Below the pieces are notes generated by a model. That model was not told the origin of the DNA. It saw nothing but the letters and a program-made list of their open reading frames with translations, and searched no databases. From Octopus vulgaris (Eukaryota), in NCBI GenBank assembly GCA_951406725.2, contig OX597816.1, positions 105,214,001 through 105,278,000 on the forward strand: a DNA stretch of 64,000 bases, read 5' to 3'. Of the stretch, positions 54,329 through 64,000 are shown one piece after another. A program made the translations under genes and the position numbers. Numbering within the stretch: position 1 is the first letter of the stretch; the number at the start of each line of letters is the position of its first letter.

Positions 54329-55544
54329 CAGGGGTTGGACAAAATAATGGAAGCATGTAGCATCATAGCATCATAATTTTGCAATATCTATAAAACCGTC
54401 AAAAGCTTGTTTATTTTCATGCTTTCTGATTTATTATTAATGTTGCTTAATATGTTTTGATAAAATTGCTGTTTCTTTTCAGATATCACCAGAAAAAGGT
54501 AGTTAAAATTCATTAAAATGACAGATCTATCGGACTTTTAAAGAGGTCAAATTGTAGGTGCTCGTATGGTTGGCGCTAGCGTAACAAAAACAGCCGAAAT
54601 GTTCGGTGTATCAAGAAGTACTGTCTCGAAAATAATGACAGCCTTTGAGAAAGAGGGAAAAACCTCCTCGTCGAAACAAAACTCCGGAAGAAAACCATAA
54701 CTTTCAGATAGGGACCGTCAGACTCTTACGCAAATTGTTAGAAAGGATCACAAAAGTACAGCTGCCAAAATTGCTGCAGAGCTTAATGACCACCTCGAGA
54801 ATCCAGTTTCCACAAAACCTGTTCGCCGGATTACGGGAGGGCTGCAATCAGAAAACCACTACTTTCAAAAGCAAACGTTGCAAAGCGTTTAGAGCTGAGT
54901 AAAAACCTACAGAATTGGTCCCTAGAGCAGTGGAAGAATGTTATTTTCTCGGACGAGTCATCCTTTACCTTATTTCCGACCACCGGCCGAGTATACGTGT
55001 GGAGACAGCCAAAAGAAGCATTTGATCCAGACTGCCTTAAACATGGAGGAGGATCTGTGATGATTGGGCGGGGGAGGCTATATCTTGGAAATCTGCCCGC
55101 CTAATGGTTTCCCTTCATGGCAGAATTAATAGTGAAGACTATTTAAGTATTTTCAAATTTCGGAGGGGAATGCAATCTTTCAGGATGATAATGTACCATT
55201 TCACACAGCTAAGATTGTTACTGAGTGGCACGAGGAACATTCTAGTGAAGTTGAACATCTTATCTGGCTACCACAGTCCCTAGATCTCGATATTACTGAA
55301 CATTTATGGTGCATTTTAGAAAAACAAGTAAGGAGTCGATATCCTCTACCATCATCACTACAAGAACTGGAGACTGTTTTAGCTGAAGAATGGAGAAAAA
55401 TTCCTATGGAAACAATTCAAACTTTGTACGAGTGCATACTTCGTAGAATTCAAGCTGTAATTACTGCCAAAGGCGGTCCTACCTCATATTAAAATACATT
55501 TGCTTGAAATTTTAAGGCATTTCCATTATTTTGTCCAATCCCTG
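54329..55544 (+). mobile_element. Tc1-family (DD34E) transposon with both TIRs and an inactivated transposase (~54518-55492)
   Basis: TIRs CAGGGGTTGGACAAAATAATGGAA / TTCCATTATTTTGTCCAATCCCTG. Translation MTDLSDF*RGQIVGAR..GVSRSTVSKI..SGRKP, VIFSDES, FQDDNVPFHT, PQSLDLDITEHLW, AKGGPTSY*. Confidence 0.96.
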
Positions 55545-55554
55545 CATATATATA

Positions 55555-56102
55555 TGTAACGAAATGTGAATATCTTCTCTGCACTGTTTGGGTGCAAGAA
55601 GCAATCACTATCCGTTGCTTTTTAATAATCCAGATTCTACCAGTCAAAGAAACACATAACGCAGACGTAAAAAATAGATATACTTTATTGTCTTATACCG
55701 GTGAGAAATAAGTGGTATATCTGATATCCCTTGGTTCTGGGCGCGCAAGGCTGAAAGTTAATCGCTTGTAAGATTTTACACTGTTCAGCCGCTAAAAACA
55801 GAACAGGTTAAAGATGGCTGCGGAAAAATGAAGACGATGTTGTCTGCAACAATTTGGTTAAAGTCTTCAGCCGACTGCTATCAAATACGGACAGAGAGAA
55901 ATATACGTCTGCTTATATCAAAAGCCTTCTGCTGTCTCCTCGACGCTAATGGTCAAGGTTTTTGCGTTCCCTTGCCTCTTTTCTAAAGGTCGCTTTTCCT
56001 AGCCAATCAGCTAATTCCACGATAGCAATATTCCCTTTTCTGGTGATGAAAACACGCGCGAATCAGAAAAGGGCGTTGCGCGCGCGCGCTGTTGTATAGC
56101 GT

Positions 56103-56109
<7 letters not shown>
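55555..56109 (-). mobile_element. Solo LTR (Gypsy-like) inserted in (TA)n
   Basis: TGTA...TACA termini with TA repeats on both sides. On the minus strand an ATATAAG TATA-like motif (~55912-55918) precedes AATAAA (~55684-55689). Confidence 0.7.
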
Positions 56110-56157
<48 letters not shown>

Positions 56158-56159
<2 letters not shown>

Positions 56160-56740
56160 GTTTTAACGTTCTAGCCTACTTCTGCTGTTTACAGCAGTGC
56201 TTGGAAGAAAGGTGTGCAGCGTGTGATCGTCGCATTGACCATGACAGAGAAAGTTGTCATGGCGATACTTGCTCAGAGGCCTACGCAAAGTTGCAAAAAG
56301 ATTATGGAGAGAAGTGTATGAGCCGCACACAAGTGTACAAGTTGTTCAGTTGTTTTCAGGATGGCCGAAAATATGTCGATATCGATGAACGTTCTGGGAG
56401 ACCTGCAACCAGCAGAACTGAGGAAAATATCGCAGATGTGCGTGCAGCTGTGAAGGGAAATCGTCGAATCACCATCCGTCAGTTATCAGAAGATGTGCAG
56501 ATTCGTTACGGTTCAGTTCAATCCATTATCACTGAAGATTTGGGTATGAGACGCGTGTCTGCCAAATGTGTACTAAAACTGCTTTCAGCTGACCAAAAAG
56601 ATATTTGGGTTTCAGTTGCACAAGGTCTCCTTGATTGTGTCCAGAACGATGAAAACGTTTTTGAAAACTTTGCGTAGGCCTCGGAGCAGTTATAGCCAAG
56701 CTTTTGACAAAATTTGATGCAGATTCTCTGCTCAACTTAC
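56158..56740 (+). mobile_element. mariner-type internally deleted element (N-terminal HTH domains)
   Basis: ORF 56201-56677: YGEKCMSRTQVYKLFSCFQDGR..DERSGRP..NRRITIRQL..ITEDLGMRRVSAKCVLKLL (WVPKLL-like). Confidence 0.9.
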
Positions 56741-56789
56741 TGATCAAACTGCGTGTCCGCGTGCGCGCGTGCGTGTGTGTATTTGTGTG

Positions 56790-57445
56790 TGTGTATGTAC
56801 TCTGTCTATCTTTCTTCCACTCCCTACTATTTTTTGTTCCTTCTCTCCTCACTCCCTTTGTTTCTTTCCCTCATCCTCTCTCTTGTCCTCCTTCTCCTCT
56901 GCTCACACGTGACTACGGGCCATTTTCTTGCCCCTTTCATTTCTGAACTTGACGTCCATCTGGCTGGACGTCATTTCGCTCGCCCCCTGACATTTTTCTC
57001 TTCTACTATTTTCTTCTATTTATTGTGTATCCTTTCAAAATTTCTCCTAGGCGTTACCCATTACAATGCGTCTAAGCCTAACGACCTTTAATGTTTGTCA
57101 TCGTCGATTGTTTACTTTGTACGTCCACTTTGTTGTTGTTTGTTCATTCGAAGCTCTAACTCTCCACAAATTTTATATTTTTAAAATTTCTAAATGCTGC
57201 TGTCTTGTGAAGTTTTCCTATCTTGTCGTTGAAAGCACGAAATGTAATAAACAGTCGACAACTGAGGAGGGTTTAGACTTTCTTTAGTATTTTGTCCCGT
57301 AATTGTCTCTCGCTATGTGCTTATGTATTTTTCACTCGCTGGTGATGTGCTGTTCTTATTGTGTATGTTTTGATATTTTGCACTATACTTATTTCTCGTG
57401 CGCTTACGTATTTTTCTCTCGTTGGTTATGTCCTGTACTTAATGT
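56790..57445 (+). mobile_element. Possible Penelope-like pLTR region with decayed hammerhead (57255-57312), ending in (TA)n
   Basis: CTGAGGA-GGG...CCC-GTAA-TT-GTC; GAAA is mutated and stem I is poor. Confidence 0.4.
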
Positions 57446-57446
57446 G

Positions 57447-57499
<53 letters not shown>

Positions 57500-58139
57500 T
57501 GAATGTATGTATGTATGTATGTATGTATGTATGTATGTATGTATGTATGTATGTATGTATGTGTGTATTATATATATATATAAATATATATGTGTGTGTG
57601 TATTATATATATGTAAGTATGTATGTATGTATATATGTATCTGTATATGTATATATCTGAATATATCAGTGTGTGTGTGCGTGTGTATAGAATGTTTAAA
57701 ATAAAACGATGGAAAATGAAAATCAACGGAAAAGTATAAATTAAAAATAAACAAGAGTAGACATAAAGATAGACAGGTGAGGGAAAGGATACAAAAAGCA
57801 GGATGTGCACGAAAGGGTGTTTAAGGGGGAAGGGGATAGAGAGGGTATATTGTAATGGTCATTATTTTAATTCAGTTCTTAAAGATAACACCTGGAGTTG
57901 GGAAAGTATGTGTGGCTTATGACCCTACGTTAAATTGGTAACACCTAGTAGATAAAGGAAAATGTAAGTAACATAGGATTTAAAGGTCACAATATATAAC
58001 CTCAGTTATAGGTAGGATCAACAAATTACTTCATCCGGTGAGAAATAAATATCATTCAATATATACAATTTACAAAAGAGTTACAAATAGTTTCGTGTTT
58101 TAGAGATACAATAATTTGGTAGATTTATATAACATATAT

Positions 58140-58391
58140 ATGTATCGTTCTATATTTAAGAGATGAGGAGTTATGTATATGATTTACATTATTTACATTC
58201 GACAGGTATTTGTCCTCATCTTGTTTGTTGTCAACACAACGTTTCGCCTGATATACCCTCCAGCCTTCTTCAGGTGTGTTGGGGAAATTTCGAACCTGGG
58301 TTCTTATTCCTAAGGTATTATGCCCGGGCATATGGTGTAGTGGTTAAGAGCGTGGGCTACTAACCCAAAGATTCCAAGAAGTGACCAGAAC

Positions 58392-58458
<67 letters not shown>

Positions 58459-58578
58459 TCGAAAAATACCTTAGGAATGAGAACCCAAGTTCGAAATTTC
58501 CCCAACACACCAGCCGAAACATTGTGTTAACAACAAACAAGATGAGGACAAATATCCGTCGAATGTAAATAATGTATA
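58140..58578. mobile_element. Composite element: inverted hammerhead-bearing pLTR, tRNA-like head, (AAT)n, then forward pLTR copy
   Basis: 58185-58319 is the reverse complement of 58465-58576. A box TGGTGTAGTGG at 58333-58343; TA-rich flanks. Confidence 0.8.
58232..58281 (-). ncRNA. Minimal type-I hammerhead ribozyme motif
   Basis: Minus strand reads ACAC-CTGAAGA-A-GGCTG(GAGGGTATAT)CAGGC-GAAA-CG-TT-GTGT: intact core, palindromic AACGTT, one stem-II mismatch (the partner arm has the pairing CAGCC). Confidence 0.75.
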
Positions 58579-58789
58579 TATATATATATATGTATCTCCA
58601 AGCAACCTTTCAAGGCTCAGTACATAGCGTTAAATGCATTTAAAAACCAAGATGCTGGTCTATAAGAAAGCATGAGAGAAAAACAGGAAGAAAAAAGTGA
58701 AGAAGGTAAAGGCAAAAAGTGGAACGAGAAGGAAAAAAAAATGAAAGGAATTAACCCAAGATCTTCTTCCCCTTTGTCTGCAGAAACCA

Positions 58790-58967
58790 TAATTACCTCC
58801 GCCAAGGAAGGAGGTTATGTTTTCATTGGCGTTGGTTTGTCCATCTATCCGTCTGTGTGCAAAATAACTCAAAAAGTTATGAAAGGTATTTGATGAAACT
58901 TGCAGAAAAAGTTGGTAATGACACAAGGAACAGATGATGAAATTTTGGTAGGGATCTGGGAATTTTT
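58790..58967 (+). mobile_element. Helentron-associated HINE/DINE-1-like element, 5' part
   Basis: ATTACCTCCGCCAAGGAAGGAGGTTATGTTTTC..TCTGTGTGCAAAATAACTCAAAAAGTTATG..GATGAAACTT; 5' short inverted repeat ACCTCC/GGAGGT. Confidence 0.75.
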
Positions 58968-59712
58968 ATGGTCTCCGTGTTGAGTATGAGGCTGTGTGGG
59001 AAAATGAATGGAGGCATAAACACCATGATGCTGACTGGATGTTTGATTTGATTTTTATCACTCTCGGTACATGTTTTGGGGATGTGGCAAGCCAACAGTT
59101 GTTCTGTGTGTTCACCATCTGATCCTGGCAGAAATTTTCCTCGTCTGAGATAAACCAAATCATGTTTGGTTGGAGGGGATGCTTGAGTTTGTTCAAAAAT
59201 TTCGTAGCGCAGTCTTTCCTCTTGTCCTTGATGACTTGGGATAAAAGTTGGCCCTTTTTCATCTTGTATGAGGAATACCGAATGTCTTCATGCACTACCT
59301 CCCTGATCAGAAACTCAGACATTCCCATGTCCCTGGCGATGGATCTCACTGACTTGGAAGGATCGTAGTCAATTATGGCCTGGATCTCACAAATAAACTC
59401 ATGAGTTCTTTTCTTATGAGAACGATCAGAGTGGGTTTTCCAAGCTGCTATACATTTGTAATCACCCTTAGACTCACCCAACTCTTTCCGAATCCTCTGC
59501 ACTGTCCTCAGATTGACACCCAAACACTCTGAAATGTACAGCATATCGTTTCCAAATTTCTGGCAAAGGGAGTTGCATCATAGTGCTGTTTTTCTCACAG
59601 ACGGTGCCCAGCTGACCCTACTATACTGTGTAGTCAGCAAAATCAAAAACAAACTATGCACATGCACAAAATTAAAAATATAAAATGGTGACAATTTACC
59701 CATCGCTCCCTG
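58968..59712 (-). mobile_element. Tc1/mariner-superfamily transposon 5' half (maT/DD37D-like)
   Basis: TA|CAGGGAGCGATGGGTAAATTG end; ORF with LRTVQRIRK, DPSKSVRSIARDMG and IWFISDEENFCQDQMVNTQN. Confidence 0.85.
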
Positions 59713-59714
59713 TA

Positions 59715-59764
<50 letters not shown>

Positions 59765-59769
<5 letters not shown>

Positions 59770-61530
59770 GGTGGTCAATGAGGAAACTAGGGATAGATGA
59801 ATGGCTGGTGAGGGCTGTGCAAGCCATGTACAGGGATGCCGTAAGTAAGGTTAGGGTTGGCAACATGTACACAGAAGAATTCAAAGTAGAGGTTGGGGTC
59901 CACCAGGGTTCAGTACTCAGCCCCCTCCTATTTATCATAGTCCTCCAGGCAATTACGGAGGAATTCAAGACAGGTTGCCCCTGGGAGCTCCAATATGCTG
60001 ACGACCTTGCTCTAATTGCTGAGTCACTATCAGAACTGGAGGAGAAGTTCCAGGTGTGGAAGGAGGGTCTAGAATCGAGGGGCCTTAGAGTCAACCTAGC
60101 TAAAACCAAAGTACTAATAAGTAGGAAGGTAGACAATCCACAAATGTCTTCAGGAAGATGGCCCTGCTTGATCTGTAGAAAAAGTGTAGGTAGAAACTCT
60201 ATAAGATGTACCCAGTGTAAGCTATGGACACATAAGAGGTGCAGCAATGTCAAAGGAAGGCTAACTGGGAAGATAGTTTTTGTATGTGGCAGATGCTCGG
60301 GAGCATTAACCTCTGAAAATCTGCAGAAAACAACTTCCGTCACTTTCCAGGGGGAACAACTAGAAGTAGTTGATAGCTTCCGTTATCTTGGTGACCAAGT
60401 CAGTAGTGGGGGTGGGTGTGCTGAAAGTGTAACAGCTAGAGTAAGAATAGCCTGGGCAAAGTTTAGGGAGCTCTTACCTCTGCTGGTGACTAAAGGCCTC
60501 TCGCTCAGAGTAAAAGGCAGACTGTATGATGCATGTGTACGAACAGCCATGCTACATGGCAGTGAAACATGGGCCGTGACTGCTGAGGAAATGCGTAAGC
60601 TCGTGAGAAATGAAGCCAGTATGCTCTGATGGATGTGTAATGTCAGTGTGCATGCTCAACAGAGCGTTAGTACCCTGAGAGAAATGTTGGACCTAAGGAG
60701 CATCAGTTGTGGTGTGCAAGAGAGACGATTGCGCTGGTATGGTCATGTGGCGAGAATGGATGAAGATAGGTGTGTGAAAAAGTGCCAATCCCTAGCAGTG
60801 GAGGGAACCCGTGGAAAAGGTAGACCCAGGAAAACTTGGGACGAGGTGGTGAAGCACGACCTTCGAACTTTAGGTCTCACTGAGGAAATGACCAGCGACC
60901 GAGACCTTTGGAAATATGCTGTGCGTGAAAAGACCAGGCAGGACAAGTGAGTCCAGCCCACTTATGCATGCCTTTCCTCCCTTGGACACACAAAGACCTG
61001 TTGAGGCAAGCGAAGTCAATATCGAACCTCATCTGACGACAGGCACCTATGCTTGCGAAGACCTGTTGGGGCAAGTGAAATCGAAATCGAAATTGTACCA
61101 ATCCTATGACTGGCACCCAGCAGATGCCAGGACCCCTGGACTGGAGATACGTAAAAAGTACTATCCGAATCTTGGCTGATGCCAGTGCTGCCTCGACTGG
61201 CTTCCGTGTCGGTGGCACGTAAAAAGCATCATCTGAATCGTGGCCGAAGTCAGTACCGCCTCGACTGGCTTCCGTGCCGGTGGCACGTAAAATGCACCAA
61301 TCCGACCGTGGCCGATGCCAGCCTCGCCTGGCACCAGTGCAGGTGGCACGTAAAAAGCACCCACTTCACTCACAGAGTGGTTGGCGTTAGGAAGGGCATC
61401 CAGCTGTAGAAACATTGCCAGATAAGACCGGAACCTGGTGCAGCCTTCTGGCTTCCCAGATCCCCAGTCGAACCGTCCAACCCATGCTAGCATGGAGAAC
61501 GGACGTTAAACGATGATGATGATGATGATG
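59765..61530 (+). mobile_element. 5'-truncated, young RTE-clade LINE with PHD-like zinc finger, 3' UTR and (GAT)n tail
   Basis: GVHQGSVLSPLLF, QYADD, NLAKTK, FRYLGD, LHGSETW, RRLRWYGHVAR, GRPRKTW. One in-frame TGA (60627-60629); tail GGACGTTAAACGATGATGAT. Confidence 0.96.
61178..61362 (+). repeat. Three ~65-bp tandem units in the RTE 3' UTR
   Basis: GCCTCG(A/C)CTGGC..GTG..GGTGGCACGTAAAA repeated three times. Confidence 0.85.
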
Positions 61531-61790
61531 ATATATATATATAAAATATAAATTAGAGACAAAACCACTATTATGCAACTCAAACAGTGATAGACATAAA
61601 CCAAAACATAAATAACAAATAATATACATTTTTGTAAAACATATAACTTATAACTAGATCTCAAAAAGTATAAAAATGAATGATCAATATATATATATAT
61701 ATATATATATAATATAATATAATAAGTAAAAAAAACTATGTATGTTTCATGGCTACAATTAAATTCGAATTACAATTAGTTTTAAATTCA

Positions 61791-61829
<39 letters not shown>

Positions 61830-63014
61830 TATGTATACACACAATATTTCTTTATTCAGTATGTTGAAATTGTGTGACATTGTTCAAATTCCTTCGAAAG
61901 CTTTTCTGCCTTTAAGATGGAATGTACAAAAGGAATTTTTTTGTTTGTTCCCCCCACCCCCACTCCACTTTACACTTTTCGAAAGCTATGTAAAGAGAAG
62001 TTGCAGGGTGGGCGGGGCGAAACAATGTCATGGAAATACATTCAGAATGAGAAATAAGAGACAGCTTGACAGCAGACAAAGAATATTTAATGGGAAGTCT
62101 TTAATTACTTTTGTTAAATTGCTCGAAGAATTCTCAAATGTAATTGGATCTCTGGCAACAATTGCTCATAAGGATGACTCACTTAATAAGTGCATCTTAA
62201 AACCTGGCAGAGCATGCCAAAATTAGTGAAACTGATATCCATTCTATTTGATAAAATTGTCATCTTATATTCTGCTGGTGATACAAAATTTTGACTATTG
62301 CACAGTATTACTATTATTCTTTGATTATTTTTATTTCTTGTATTTAAAAAATTGTATTTTCAATTTGTATTCGCTATCTTTTTGTTTTTTGTTTTCACTA
62401 ATTTTTATTTTCATGTATAAATTGCTTAAATTTTTTTCCTTAAAAATTTGATTTTCAATATCTGTTTAATCCTTTTTTCATCATTTAATATTTTTTATGA
62501 CCGATTTTTTTTTAGACTATTTCTTAGAATTATTTAATATAGAATTAAATTGTTTGACAAAGAGACATTGTATTGATAAAAACTCTTTGTTCATGCATAC
62601 GCATCTGTGTGTGTGCATGTGCATGAATATATATGTGCTCACATGATCATGGTTGAAACACCTTTGATCATAGTTTATTTACTCATATCTAATCTGGAGC
62701 TAAATGATCGTTACAACACATCCTTATGGTTTTTCTCCTTCCTAAACTATTCATAGGAGACTAGTCAGTGTCTAAACTCTTTGGTCTGAATATATTCTGA
62801 TTAGTCACACTAAAAACACCTTCTGAAATGTTGAACTCATGTTTTTTGTTTCTTTATTAAAGAATAAAAAAAAATCAGCCCAGAAACTTTTTCTCTTAAG
62901 TATGGATTTTCTTTCTGTGTTATGTAAGAGATTTTGAAACAATGCAAGATAACTTTACACAGACTGTATGCTTTAGCTGTGTGTGGGGGGGGGTATGTGT
63001 GTGTGTGTGTGTGC

Positions 63015-63080
<66 letters not shown>

Positions 63081-63240
63081 GTAAACAGAGCGGTTATAGT
63101 AACTGACTAAGGGATAAAAATATCCGTATATACTATTGGTATCCATTACCTGTATTATCCCTGGGCATTGGTATGCAGGTACACCATACACGTAGAGTGC
63201 AGATAACAACAGGATAAACAAGAGTTTATCAGGAACCAAT

Positions 63241-63963
63241 GCAAATAATTAGAAAATGGAGAAAAAACCAAGATTAACCAACATATCGATTGGACCACAT
63301 TTATTGCTTATTTTTTAATACAAAGCATGACATAACAAAATAGGAAACATAACATATCTTACGGCTGTTACTGATCAGATTGCCAAAATGCAGTCTAAAA
63401 TAAATGTGAGAATAAAGTTTTTCATCTTCATAGGACATTTGAATTAAGGCAATGGATTTTCATCAGAGTGAAAAACAAGAGCATACAACATAAACAAAAG
63501 GAAGAAGGAAAAGGAAAGAAAATATGGCTTAGACAAATAATCTAGAAGCCCAAAATGTTAAGATCAAATAATTTACCATCAGGGCTACAGGGTCGGTAGG
63601 TAAAAAAGTGAGCTATTAATGGTCTAGGGAATACTACTATTTATTAACAGGTAGGTGCAAGTAGAAGCAGGGTGGTCAGGCTGTTTAAAAAAAGAAGTTA
63701 TCAAGAAACTATATATAAGGAAAATACTAACATGATTGTCAAAGGGCAGTACCTATGCTAATAAATTGTACCCATTAATAAATTGTAGCCCTATAAAGAT
63801 GAAGAACTTTATTCTCACATTTATTTATAGACTGCATTTTGGAAATCCAATCAGTAATGGCTGTAAGATTTACGTCATGCTTCATATTAAAAGATAAGCT
63901 ATAAATGTGGTCCAATTGATGTGTTGTTTAATCTGTGGTTTCCTCCATTTTCTAATTATCTGC
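63241..63963. repeat. Long inverted repeat (~190-bp arms, ~350-bp spacer) ending at (TA)n
   Basis: 63241-63434 mirrors 63790-63963, e.g. ATAATTAGAAAATGGAG/CTCCATTTTCTAATTAT, ATTGGACCACATTTAT/ATAAATGTGGTCCAAT, AAATGTGAGAATAAAGTT/AACTTTATTCTCACATTT. Confidence 0.9.
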
Positions 63964-64000
63964 TTTATATATATATATATATACCAAATATATATGTTTT

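Noticed and set aside
61940-62240. Putative enhancer (GC box, TGACAG and TAATTG motifs)
   Set aside because: Short motifs are expected by chance; cannot be supported without conservation or chromatin data.
62973-63239. ORF with a signal-peptide-like start (MVPDKLLFILLLSALYVYG)
   Set aside because: Non-ATG start, runs into a (CA)n repeat and abuts a foldback repeat arm; no splice support.

Overview
AT-rich eukaryotic genomic DNA dominated by microsatellites and transposon remnants. The SINE families and repeat landscape suggest a cephalopod, probably Octopus (inference, not verified). Most ORF-track entries are translations of simple repeats. One plausible host coding exon is present (15170-15461, minus): a signal peptide plus coiled coil ending at a phase-1 donor. 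The rest comprises tRNA-derived SINEs, RTE, R4/Dong-like and CR1-like LINE remnants, Tc1, mariner, maT and hAT remnants, MITEs, Helitron/Helentron non-autonomous elements and solo-LTR candidates. The most striking signal is a set of minimal type-I hammerhead-ribozyme motifs from several unrelated Penelope-like pseudo-LTR families. They mostly lie next to (TA)n tracts and often form divergent inverted pairs, and one pair encloses a tRNA-derived head. All coordinates were read by eye and repeat boundaries are approximate.
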